The translations under genes and the position numbers were made by a program. The notes beneath the pieces are model-generated. The model worked only from the letters and a program-made list of their open reading frames with translations. It was not told where the DNA came from and made no database searches. Positions 8,304-17,676 of a stretch of 55,703 nt of DNA are shown here, one piece after another. This DNA is from Candidatus Nanopelagicaceae bacterium. GTDB lineage: Bacteria; Actinomycetota; Actinomycetes; Nanopelagicales; Nanopelagicaceae. The stretch lies in the NCBI GenBank assembly GCA_947454425.1, contig CANGJV010000001.1, forward strand, positions 1-55,703. Reading direction: 5' to 3'. Every line of letters starts with the position of its first letter. Position 1 is the first letter of the stretch.

Positions 8304-10235
8304 TTAACGAAGCCCGGTTCTCTTTACTACCCAAGCCACCAAGCTTGAAGAATTGGATGTAGTAAAAGTTACAGAGGTCGGATAGAAGGTAGCTGTTAAA
8401 GTTTGTCGTCCGGAAACTGTTGGCTTCCAATTACAAGTCGCTGAATACGTTGAACCAGATCCGGTCGCGCTAACCAAAAGGCAGTTAGCAATTCGCTTTC
8501 CACCTACAAAGAATCGCACCTTGCCAGCGGCGTTGACATTCACAGAGACTGCGATTGATTGGCCTTTAGCGGGAGTTCCAGTTATTGCAGGCGTGGAGAT
8601 GGTTCCACTCTCATTGAGATTGGTTACTGTGATGGTGACTGTTTGCGAGTCGCTGAGAGCGCCATCTGAAACCCAGGCAATCACAATGTAAATATTGTCT
8701 TGATTACTATCTGCTGGAGCTTCGAAATCTGGTGCAGGGTTAAAAGTTAAGGCCCCGCTTGCACTTATTAGGAAATCATTGGAATCAGTTCCAGTTACCG
8801 AGTAAGTCAAAGTAGTACCAGCATCAACATCAGTCGCATTGAGGTTATAAACAGAGGCTGTATTTTCGGCAATACTTGTAGTTGCCGTGTCACCACCACT
8901 AAATCCAGTGATAACTGGAGCCTCGTTCACATTGGTAATCGAAACTGAAACTGTTTGGGTCGTGGCATTGGTTGAGACGTCAGTTGCAGTAATAACAACT
9001 ACATAAGTATTCGAGCTCAAAGTACTTTGCGGGGTTTCAAAGTCGCGCGCAGAGATTGTAAGAACTGCGCCGGTGAGCGTAAATCGGGAAGAGTCTGCCC
9101 CTGATTTACTCCATGTCACAGATTCATTAGCGGTAAAGGTAAAGACAGTTGTTGAATTCTCAGGAATCGAAATAGAGCTGGTAGCACCAGTAGAACTTCC
9201 AGGACCAGTAATCACTGGTGCAGTCACATCAGGTGTGTATCGGAAAATCGCAACGCCGCTTCCGCCGAAACCACCGCGGTTTCTCTCACCGTCATAAGTT
9301 GTATTTGTTGTACCTGTGCAGCCATCGCCGAATGCGCTACCTCCACCACCTCCACCACCCCAGCCAGCGGCTCCATCAAAACCTGTCGTGGTTCCGACGT
9401 AGCTTCCAGAAGCGCAATATGCGGTCAAAGTCTGCGATGATCCATCAATGCCAGAGTAAGAAACAGTTACATTTGTATTTCTTGCGCGTTGTGCAGCACC
9501 GCCACCACCTCCACCACTGCCACCGGAGGCACTTCCGAGGTCTCCATTACCTGAACCGTTGGAGTGAGAACCGATTCCTCCGCCTCCGCCTCCGCCGTAG
9601 TAATAAGTAGTTCCGGTGATATCTGAAGTGAATCCGGCTGCGCCACCACTTGCAGCCGGCTGACCGCTAGATGCACTTGTAGGTCCTGAGCCACCGTTGC
9701 CGCCAGTAAGTACTGTGGCTGAGCCTTGTGCTGAGGCAGAACCACCAGATCCACCCACGCGGCTGGTCCAACCGCCACCTACAGATCCACCATTAGCTAT
9801 CCAGTCAAAGGTACCGTCATTATTCGTATCAAATTTTGATTGATTTCCACCAGAAATTGAGTCGCCATTTCCTCCACTACCTACAACAACGTTGGTTGTC
9901 GCACCTGCAGTGACAGATAAACCAGAGAGCGTAAGTCCACCGCCACCGCCACCGCCACCGCCACCATCGATATATCCAGCTGCACCGCCGCCAACGAGAA
10001 GAAAACGAACCGAAGTCACACCGGAAGGAATAGTCCAAGTTGAGGATCCGGTGAACTTAATTACACAATCATTTCCGGTAACCGAAATAGTGACGTTGCC
10101 TGGAGTTCCAAATGTGTCGCGGCAGGCCGCAGTTGTAATCGCAGCGCTCGCAATTTGCGGGGCGATTGATTGGATGCCTATTGATAGCAGCGCAAAGGTG
10201 AGAACTAGCGAAAATCGCTGACTCAAGCTGCACAT
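8304..10235 (-). CDS. Secreted surface protein: glycine-rich domain, two cadherin-like repeats and a C-terminal Ig-like domain
   Basis: Signal peptide ending IASA; WTIPSGVTSVRFLLVGGG...GGSGVAIFRY Gly-rich domain; PEN/DFE/NVNEAP cadherin motifs; leaderless TATAAT-N6-ATG. Confidence 0.75.
   Translation of the reverse strand: MCSLSQRFSLVLTFALLSIGIQSIAPQIASAAITTAACRDTFGTPGNVTISVTGNDCVIKFTGSSTWTIPSGVTSVRFLLVGGGAAGYIDGGGGGGGGGGLTLSGLSVTAGATTNVVVGSGGNGDSISGGNQSKFDTNNDGTFDWIANGGSVGGGWTSRVGGSGGSASAQGSATVLTGGNGGSGPTSASSGQPAASGGAAGFTSDITGTTYYYGGGGGGGIGSHSNGSGNGDLGSASGGSGGGGGGAAQRARNTNVTVSYSGIDGSSQTLTAYCASGSYVGTTTGFDGAAGWGGGGGGGSAFGDGCTGTTNTTYDGERNRGGFGGSGVAIFRYTPDVTAPVITGPGSSTGATSSISIPENSTTVFTFTANESVTWSKSGADSSRFTLTGAVLTISARDFETPQSTLSSNTYVVVITATDVSTNATTQTVSVSITNVNEAPVITGFSGGDTATTSIAENTASVYNLNATDVDAGTTLTYSVTGTDSNDFLISASGALTFNPAPDFEAPADSNQDNIYIVIAWVSDGALSDSQTVTITVTNLNESGTISTPAITGTPAKGQSIAVSVNVNAAGKVRFFVGGKRIANCLLVSATGSGSTYSATCNWKPTVSGRQTLTATFYPTSVTFTTSNSSSLVAWVVKRTGLR
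9937..9965. repeat. (CCACCG)4+ hexanucleotide repeat encoding a poly-Gly run
   Basis: Read directly from the sequence. Confidence 0.8.
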
Positions 10236-10249
10236 GACCTAATTATAGG

Positions 10250-11497
10250 CTAGCCCCCGAGGTGAACGGAATTTCTAGTCTCTGGAATCCGTGATGCGAC
10301 CAGCACAATGGCTGCCATCAGCATCGTTGCCACGATAAATGCTGGTCTAAAGCCACCGGCATCGGAGATTGCCCCCAGCACGATAGGCGCAATCATCGCT
10401 GCAAAATCGCCAGACATCTGCATCACGGCAATGACCTGTCCACCCTTACCTTTCAAAACATCGCCGACCAAGCTTCCTGGAACTGTCGATAGATAGGCAC
10501 CAGCAATGCCAGAGAAGATCATCGCCGGGAAGAAAATCCACGCCTGCACGGTAAATACAAGCAGCGCAGTTGAGATAAAGAGCGATGTCGAACCGATCAC
10601 GGCAACAAAACGTCGGCCCTTCTCATCAGATAAGCGACCTGCGCGAAGCAAGAGCAATCCATTAGCAATCGATGCCATGGTAAAGCCAACGCCCATGTAA
10701 GTCGTAGAAACTTTCATCTCTTCCACCATAAAGAGCGGAACAATTGATCGCCCCATTCCAAAGAGAATAAATCCAGTGCTAAATGAGATTGCAAGAGCGA
10801 TGCGATAAGGCTTGAGCGCAAAGGCTTCCCGAAGCGAAGTCTTCTCTGATTTGCCTTCCGGCTTTGCCGCAAGATGAGATCCACGAAGTAGCAAACCGGC
10901 CGAGATGCTAGAGATTGCTAGAAGTACTGCATAAATTGCAAGTGGTGCACGAAGTGAGAATGCAGAGAGAGCGCCACCGACGACTGGACCTCCAACCATT
11001 CCAATCAGGAATGAACCGTTATAAAGTGATTGCGCACGGCCTCGCTGGTGATCACTTGTTACACGCAAAAGTAAAGAACCAGCGGCAACAGAGAACATCG
11101 ATGAGCCAAAACCACCAACCGCGCGGAAAATCAGGAGTTGGTTGTAGGACTGCGCCATCGCCGCAGCTGCTGATGAAACCGCAACAAATCCGATTCCAAA
11201 TGTGTAGACAATTCGCTCGCCAAATAAATCAACAAACTTTCCTGAAATTAATCCGGTAGCAAATCGAGCAAATGCGAAAGCCGAGAGGATCGCACCTACT
11301 TGCGCATTATTGACACCAAAAGATCGAGCAAAGAGTGGCAAAGTCGGCGCAATGATTCCAAAGCCAACTGCCACAAAGAAAGAGGCAAAGACAAGAACCC
11401 CAACTTCACGAGGAAATTCGCAAAGGGGGTTCTTGTCTTTAAGTGAGGTAAGAATTACTCGCTAGCCATTCAACTTGGAATCGCTGCGCTTATCCAA
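10250..11497 (-). CDS. MFS transporter (DHA1-like). The probable TTG start at 11497 is separated from the body by an in-frame TAG at 11464-11462; the uninterrupted ORF starts at GTG 11374
   Basis: Motif A-like [10 protein letters not shown] and [12 protein letters not shown]1 sequence [13 protein letters not shown] lies in frame upstream of GTG 11374. Confidence 0.75.
11387..11440 (-). repeat. Perfect 15-bp inverted repeat forming a long hairpin within the MFS 5' region
   Basis: AAAGACAAGAACCCC (11387-11401) and GGGGTTCTTGTCTTT (11426-11440); the spacer pairs further on the minus strand. Confidence 0.85.
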
Positions 11498-13091
11498 GTG
11501 ACTCTCCAGCAGACTCGTTACGAGCTGCTGCGTAATCCTCTGATGTGCGAAGTGGTGTCTCGCGCAAGAAGAGCGCCACAAAGAATCCCACTGCAACAAC
11601 TGGCGCTGCAACGATGAAGACGATGTGGAATGAATGAACAAATGCATCAAGCACTGCTGTCTGAACTTGTGCCGGAAGCGTTTTAATCAGTGATGTGTTG
11701 TTCTGAATTGCTTCTAGCTTTGCAGGATCTACCGCCGCCACCGCAGCTGGGTTCTTTGACGCCAACTCTGCAAAGTTACCTGCGAGGTAATGTCCTAAAC
11801 GGTTTGTCAGGATTGCTCCAAAGAGTGCCGTGCCGAAGACAGAACCAAGTGAACGAAAGAATGTATTTGAGCTTGTCGCAACGCCCATATCCTTAAATTC
11901 TACGGAGTTCTGGAGTGCGATAACAATTGTCTGCATTGAAAGACCAAGTCCAGCACCAACCATGATTGCAAAGATAGATAGTTGCCAATAAGGAGTATCA
12001 ATCTGCAAGCTATACATTGCGAGGATTCCAACGGTCATCAGAGCGGTTCCCATAATCGGGTAGCGCTTGTAGTGACCGTGCTTGGAAATCAACTTGCCAC
12101 TGATGATTGATGTCGAAACAATACCGAGCATCAGCGGAATCAACTTAAGTCCGGCAGAAGTTGCTGAGTAACCCTTTACAACCTGCATGTAGAGCGGCAA
12201 CATAACAATTGCACCGAACATGCCTGCACCAATAATTGCACCGAGAATTGATGTCAATGTAAATGTATGGTTCTTGAAAAGACGCAGCGGAATGATTGGT
12301 TCGGTAGCCCTTCCTTCCCAGTAGATAAATCCAACTGCAAGCAGAAGACCTGCAACAAGATAGATAACTGTTCTTGAATCTGTCCAACCTTCCTGTGGTC
12401 CATAGACCGAGACAGAGAGAAGTGTGAGAGTTACCGATACAACAAGAAGGAGCGCACCGAGATAATCGATGCTGTGCTCGCGCTTTACCTTTGGGATATG
12501 AAGTACTGCAGAAGTAATGGCAAGTGCTGCAATACCAAATGGAAGATTGATTACGAAGATCCAACGCCATCCGGTAATACCGAGGATATGAGTGTGGTCT
12601 GAGAAGAATCCACCAAGCAATGGACCAGCTACTGATGAGAGCCCCCAGACTGCTCCGAAGTAACCTTGATAGCGACCGCGCTCACGTGGAGGGACGATGT
12701 CACCGATGATTACGAATGTCAGCGCCATCAAGCCACCTGCACCGAGTCCCTGAAGGGCACGTGTTGCAATGAGCTGGCTCATGTTCTGTGAGGCGGCTGC
12801 GAGGAGAGAGCCAATTAAGAATGTGACAATCGCAAATTGGAAGACGACTCGACGACCGTAGAGGTCGGAGATTTTTCCGTAGAGCGGGGTAGATGCAGTT
12901 GAAGTCAATAGATAGGCGGTAACAACCCAGGTGTAATGGTCGAGGCCATTAAAGTCTTCAACGATGCTCTTGAGAGCAGTTGAGACGATGGTTTGATCAA
13001 GGGCTGCAAGGAGCATTCCCGTCATCAATCCACCGAGAATAATCATAATCTCGCGGTGCGAGTGTTCTTTGGCAGGTGCATTTGTATTCAT
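11490..13091 (-). CDS. MDR-type MFS efflux pump, DHA2 (EmrB/QacA) family
   Basis: [39 protein letters not shown] motifs; many TM segments. Confidence 0.93.
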   Translation of the reverse strand: MNTNAPAKEHSHREIMIILGGLMTGMLLAALDQTIVSTALKSIVEDFNGLDHYTWVVTAYLLTSTASTPLYGKISDLYGRRVVFQFAIVTFLIGSLLAAASQNMSQLIATRALQGLGAGGLMALTFVIIGDIVPPRERGRYQGYFGAVWGLSSVAGPLLGGFFSDHTHILGITGWRWIFVINLPFGIAALAITSAVLHIPKVKREHSIDYLGALLLVVSVTLTLLSVSVYGPQEGWTDSRTVIYLVAGLLLAVGFIYWEGRATEPIIPLRLFKNHTFTLTSILGAIIGAGMFGAIVMLPLYMQVVKGYSATSAGLKLIPLMLGIVSTSIISGKLISKHGHYKRYPIMGTALMTVGILAMYSLQIDTPYWQLSIFAIMVGAGLGLSMQTIVIALQNSVEFKDMGVATSSNTFFRSLGSVFGTALFGAILTNRLGHYLAGNFAELASKNPAAVAAVDPAKLEAIQNNTSLIKTLPAQVQTAVLDAFVHSFHIVFIVAAPVVAVGFFVALFLRETPLRTSEDYAAARNESAGESLG

Positions 13092-13110
13092 AGGTCGCTA
13101 AGTTTACCTT

Positions 13111-14070
13111 GTGAAATCAATAATCGCCGAAGAACTTGTGAAGACCTATGACAAAGGCAAAGTCCGCGCACTCGATAGCCTCAATCTCGATGTAGAAGAA
13201 GGAACAGTGCTGGGAATTCTTGGCCCCAATGGCGCCGGAAAGACCACAACAGTGCGAATTTTGTCGACACTCTTGCGCCCAGATTCTGGTCGCGCCACCG
13301 TGGCTGGCATCGATGTCATAAAGTATCCAGAGAAAGTGCGTGAAGTAATTGGCCTATCTGGTCAATATGCAGCAGTCGATGAAATTCTTACCGGCTATGA
13401 CAATCTCGTGATGTTCGGTGAGCTCTATCATCTTGGTAAGAAGAACGCTGTTGTTCGCGCCAATGAATTACTAGAACGATTTAGTTTATCTGAAGCAGCA
13501 AAGCGCCCTATTAAAACTTATTCCGGTGGAATGCGCCGCCGTTTAGATTTGGCAGCATCACTTATTGTGAAACCAAAGATTCTCTTTCTTGATGAGCCAA
13601 CAACTGGTCTTGATCCTCGCGGTCGACAAGAGATGTGGGGAGTCATTGAAGAGCTCGTCAAAGATGGCGTGACACTTTTGCTCACTACTCAATACCTAGA
13701 AGAAGCTGATCAATTGGCTGATGAAATCGCAGTCATTGATACTGGAAAGGTAATCGCTCGCGGCACCTCTGATGTATTAAAGAAGCAGGTAGGTGGCGAG
13801 CGGCTAGAAGTTGTGGTTGAAGCTAATAATGTTGCAAAAACAACCGAAATCATTGCCCAGATAACTGGAGTAACGCCGAAGGTGGATGAGGGCCTTCGCC
13901 AAATTTCAGCCCCGGTATCAACCGGAGCCACTGCACTTTTTGAAGTTCTTAAATCTCTCGATAGCGCCGGAATCCATCCGCTCGATATCGGGCTCAAGCG
14001 ACCATCGCTCGATGATGTGTTTCTATCTTTAACTGGCCATGCCGCAGAGGCGAAGGAGGAAGCCAAGTGA
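13111..14070 (+). CDS. ABC exporter ATP-binding protein (DrrA-like)
   Basis: Walker A GPNGAGKT, signature YSGGM, Walker B LFLDEPT, C-terminal PSLDDVFL. Confidence 0.93.
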   Translation: MKSIIAEELVKTYDKGKVRALDSLNLDVEEGTVLGILGPNGAGKTTTVRILSTLLRPDSGRATVAGIDVIKYPEKVREVIGLSGQYAAVDEILTGYDNLVMFGELYHLGKKNAVVRANELLERFSLSEAAKRPIKTYSGGMRRRLDLAASLIVKPKILFLDEPTTGLDPRGRQEMWGVIEELVKDGVTLLLTTQYLEEADQLADEIAVIDTGKVIARGTSDVLKKQVGGERLEVVVEANNVAKTTEIIAQITGVTPKVDEGLRQISAPVSTGATALFEVLKSLDSAGIHPLDIGLKRPSLDDVFLSLTGHAAEAKEEAK

Positions 14071-14858
14071 GCGCATTCCGTGACACGCTAATTATTACTC
14101 AACGACAGTTGCGACTTCTTACTCGCGTACCTGAAGTTTTAATCTTCTCGACCATCCAACCGGTGATGTTTGTACTTCTCTTCCGTTATGTATTTGGCGG
14201 TTCGATTAGCACCGGTCAGCCTGGTGGATATGTACAACTTCTGATGCCAGGTATCTTCGTGCAAACTGTTGCATTTACTTTGGCCGGAACCGCATCTGGC
14301 CTTGCAGAAGATATGAAGAAAGGTTTGATTGATCGCTTCAGATCACTCCCGATTTCACAATCTGCTCTAGTCATTGGTCGCACCCTCGGTGATTCACTTC
14401 TTAATATTGTTGTGCTCGCTGTTATGGGAATGGCCGGATATGCAGTTGGCTGGCGACCAAGTAGCGGCCTTGGAAATGTTGCACTGGGATTCTTATTCTT
14501 ACTTCTCTTTGGTTATGCACTCTCGTGGGTAGGCGCACTTGTCGGACTCTCTGCCAGCGATGCTCGAGTAGTTCAGAATGTCAGCTTTATCGTCACCTTC
14601 CCGCTGACATTCCTCTCGAATGCCTTTGCACCAACGAAAGGAATGCCGCGCGTTCTGCAGTACTTTGCAGAGTGGAATCCGGTCTCAACGATGGTTGCAG
14701 CATGCCGCCAGCTCTTTGGGCTTGAGAATCAATTCGGAGCAACTGCAGGTTCGTTTCCAAGCGAGCACCCGCTCACTACATCTTTCTTCTACATCATTTT
14801 AATTATGGTGATCTTTGTGCCGCTGAGCCTTCGTCGGTACCGCAACGCATCTAATTAA
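14067..14858 (+). CDS. ABC-2 type permease (DrrB-like)
   Basis: GLIDRFRSLPIS and WNPVS motifs; coupled to the ATPase. Confidence 0.9.
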   Translation: MSAFRDTLIITQRQLRLLTRVPEVLIFSTIQPVMFVLLFRYVFGGSISTGQPGGYVQLLMPGIFVQTVAFTLAGTASGLAEDMKKGLIDRFRSLPISQSALVIGRTLGDSLLNIVVLAVMGMAGYAVGWRPSSGLGNVALGFLFLLLFGYALSWVGALVGLSASDARVVQNVSFIVTFPLTFLSNAFAPTKGMPRVLQYFAEWNPVSTMVAACRQLFGLENQFGATAGSFPSEHPLTTSFFYIILIMVIFVPLSLRRYRNASN

Positions 14859-15579
14859 TTGCCTTTAGTAGAGCCTCAAAAGTTCTACTAGGAATTTCCA
14901 TCATCTGAAAATGAGTTGTTTCGGCAAGGACCTCAAGCGAAATCTCCTTGCCCTGCTTCTTCATCTCCCCAACGTATTTATGTGTGAGATCAAGTGGCAC
15001 TCGTTCATCTAGCTCGCCATGGATGAATATGGTCTCTGCCGAAATAGGTGGTCGCAACATTGGATCTAATTCTGGATGTTCTTGGGCATCTCGACCGAGC
15101 CACTCTATGACTGCGTTGCGACCAAGTTCGAGCTTCTGACTTTCGTGGAGATCTGTTACCGGTGCTAAACCAATTACCTTTTTTACCGCCGGAAATTTAT
15201 CTGCCAACAAGAGCGCGAGATGTCCTCCACTTGAATACCCAACAAGCGTGAGGCTGAGATCGCTCAGAGTCGATAGAGCAAACGATAAATCTCGTAAAGT
15301 CGTATCCGGGCTTCCTGCCACCCGTCGAAACTCTGGCAGTACGACGTTGTAATTAGATTTTGCTAGCGCGACTGCGAGCGGGCGCATATGTTCGCGATCA
15401 AATAAATTGCGCCAATATCCACCGTGAATCAGAATGAGAGTTGATTTATCGGGGGAGTTTTCACCATAAAACTCAAGTACTTGATCTTCATCATCCCCAT
15501 ATTTAATGAGCGAGACCGGCACCTCCAGCTGCGCATCTGCCAAAGAATACGGAGGAAAGGTTGGGTGGCTCTGAGTCAT
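14851..15579 (-). CDS. Alpha/beta hydrolase (esterase/lipase-like)
   Basis: HGGYW oxyanion motif, GYSSGG nucleophile, HGELDERVP. Confidence 0.85.
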   Translation of the reverse strand: MTQSHPTFPPYSLADAQLEVPVSLIKYGDDEDQVLEFYGENSPDKSTLILIHGGYWRNLFDREHMRPLAVALAKSNYNVVLPEFRRVAGSPDTTLRDLSFALSTLSDLSLTLVGYSSGGHLALLLADKFPAVKKVIGLAPVTDLHESQKLELGRNAVIEWLGRDAQEHPELDPMLRPPISAETIFIHGELDERVPLDLTHKYVGEMKKQGKEISLEVLAETTHFQMMEIPSRTFEALLKAIN

Positions 15580-15595
15580 TACAACTTACGCGAAC

Positions 15596-16075
15596 TTACG
15601 AGAAGAACTCAGCTGCTTTGATTTCAACTTTAATCTCGCGGCCGTTTGGGGCGGTGTAAGAAACCGTTGCCCCAATCTCTGCACCGAGAACAGCAGAACC
15701 AAGGGGAGACTTTTCCGAGTAAACATCGAGATCGCCAGATGCAATTTCTCGAGATCCAAGCAAGAACTTGCTTTCATCACCAGCGATGATTGCTGTGACA
15801 ACCATGCCTGCACCAACTTTTCCATCAGCGCTTGCCGGAGGAGTTCCAATGTGAGCGTTTTCCAGCATCTGCTTTAACTGGCGGATGCGCGCCTCCATCT
15901 TGCCTTGCTCATCGCGGGCAGCGTGGTATCCGCCATTCTCTTTCAAGTCACCTTCCGCACGTGCAGCTTCAATCTTGGCTGTGATCTCCTTGCGACCTTC
16001 ACCCTCAAGGTGTGCCAATTCAGCAGCGAGGCGATCTGCCGCCTCCTGCGTAAGCCATGTCTGTTGTGCGCTCAT
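15596..16075 (-). CDS. greA: Transcription elongation factor GreA
   Basis: GDLKENGGYHAAR and SPLGSAVLG motifs. Confidence 0.97.
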   Translation of the reverse strand: MSAQQTWLTQEAADRLAAELAHLEGEGRKEITAKIEAARAEGDLKENGGYHAARDEQGKMEARIRQLKQMLENAHIGTPPASADGKVGAGMVVTAIIAGDESKFLLGSREIASGDLDVYSEKSPLGSAVLGAEIGATVSYTAPNGREIKVEIKAAEFFS

Positions 16076-16112
16076 AACGGAGAAGAGTAGTGGAAAGGGT
16101 TGGGTGTGAGAA

Positions 16113-16511
16113 CTAATTGAGGTGGCAGGAGTTCACACCTGCATTGACCGCATCGCCTCGTGATGGAATGGTCGCCGTACGCTCAATTGCACCTTGGCTT
16201 GCTGGTATCTCATCAAATATCTGACCAACGATGACCTTATTAATATCGCGCGCAGAAATAATGCAGGTTGCGGTGCGTGATGGATCTCGACGCGTGACGA
16301 TGTACCTAATCTCTATCTTGCGCGGATCTTGATTATTGAAAGCGATGAGATCTGCGCTGATTGCAGGTTCTGCGTGATGAAGACCGGCCCAAATAATCCA
16401 GGCAGAACCAATAACAAGGAAGGAGAGCGCATAAGGAATCCATGCTCTTTGCGGACGAATCCCATATCGATCGTTGTAGTCGAATTGAGATTGTGAGCCG
16501 TCTAAAGACAT
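16113..16511 (-). CDS. DUF4307-family membrane protein (Rv1081c-like)
   Basis: RYG followed by a single TM and C-x-x-x-A-R-D; conserved position upstream of greA. Start revised to ATG 16511. Confidence 0.7.
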   Translation of the reverse strand: MSLDGSQSQFDYNDRYGIRPQRAWIPYALSFLVIGSAWIIWAGLHHAEPAISADLIAFNNQDPRKIEIRYIVTRRDPSRTATCIISARDINKVIVGQIFDEIPASQGAIERTATIPSRGDAVNAGVNSCHLN

Positions 16512-16525
16512 GCCACTATTGTGGC

Positions 16526-16663
16526 ATGAATAAAGATGTCGATATGGGTGTAGCTGGCTCCGTGACAATGATTCTCCTCGTCCTAGCGACAGCAATTCTC
16601 CTTCGCAGTTTCTATAAGCGATACACAAGGCTCCAAAATCGTGAAGAGAACGGGAAAAATTAA
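16526..16663 (+). CDS. Small single-TM protein (45 aa, Rv1083-like position)
   Basis: MNKDVDMGVAGSVTMILLVLATAILLRSFYKR...; TM plus basic tail; overlaps the next gene. Confidence 0.6.
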   Translation: MNKDVDMGVAGSVTMILLVLATAILLRSFYKRYTRLQNREENGKN

Positions 16664-17369
16664 GAGATTAACTCAAGCAGTAGCCGTTCTTGCGCTTGCT
16701 GCAATCTGTGTCGGCTTAGGCTTTTGGCAACTTGCTCGCGCTCGCGATTTATCGGCGATGCAGAAGAGCCCGATTGTTCACGATCAACAAATCTATTCTC
16801 TCGCAGAGCTGACATCACCTGAAGGCTCGTTACCAGTTGCAGCATATGGAAAGACCGTAGAAGCAACTGGTCACTACATCGCTAATTTTAAAGCCCCAAA
16901 TCAGATTGCCGCCGATGGCAGTATCGCGGATTGGGAAATTGCTCTGATGCAGGTCGATACCGCATCTGCCATCTTGGTAGTTCGTGGTCTTTGGAAAGAT
17001 CGATTCGTATCACCTGAGATTGTGATGGCTACCAATGTTGGGATTACCGGCGCTATCCACCCAAGCCAGTTCGAAGATCGAGCAGCAAATACTCCATCAC
17101 AACTTTCACGTTTAGATAGCAGCTTGCTTACATCAATTACAGGATTTCAACTCTACGACGGTTTTATCGCCGAAAATTCTGAATCAACTCGCAATGGTGA
17201 GATCAAGCGAACTCGCGTTGAAGTCGCGATGCCAAAGAGCGGCATTCCCGGGTATTACTGGCAACACATCTCATATGTGGTCGTATGGTGGTTTATGGCC
17301 GCCCTTGTGATTTGGGCGCCTTTCTATAAACGTCGCGAAGACGGTGACGAGCACCAACAAGCAAGTTAG
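16641..17369 (+). CDS. SURF1-family protein
   Basis: LGFWQLAR, ILVVRG, HISYVVVWWFMA motifs. Confidence 0.85.
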   Translation: MKRTGKIKRLTQAVAVLALAAICVGLGFWQLARARDLSAMQKSPIVHDQQIYSLAELTSPEGSLPVAAYGKTVEATGHYIANFKAPNQIAADGSIADWEIALMQVDTASAILVVRGLWKDRFVSPEIVMATNVGITGAIHPSQFEDRAANTPSQLSRLDSSLLTSITGFQLYDGFIAENSESTRNGEIKRTRVEVAMPKSGIPGYYWQHISYVVVWWFMAALVIWAPFYKRREDGDEHQQAS

Positions 17370-17676
17370 AGTTAGACCTATGAAGACTCCGTTACAACGC
17401 TTCCGATCCATGGCAATTATCTGTGGCATCAACCTCCTCTTGTTAGTGATTTACATGGTGGCAAAGCACGTCTTTCACCTGCTTGATGGCAAGACTGCAT
17501 TCGTCGTTATTCCAATTGCCCATGGCTACTTCTATATCGTCTACATACTTACCGTTCTGCAGCTCGGAGTGCAGAAGCGCATGCCGTTGGCGACCATGAT
17601 TGCTTTGGTTGCTGCCGGAACTATTCCATTCGCCTCATTCATTGCCGAGCGGAAAATTGTTCAACAGTATTCGTAG
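17344..17676 (+). CDS. DUF3817 membrane protein
   Basis: HGYFYIVY and AGTIPFASFIAER motifs; common SURF1 neighbour. Confidence 0.8.
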   Translation: MTSTNKQVRVRPMKTPLQRFRSMAIICGINLLLLVIYMVAKHVFHLLDGKTAFVVIPIAHGYFYIVYILTVLQLGVQKRMPLATMIALVAAGTIPFASFIAERKIVQQYS

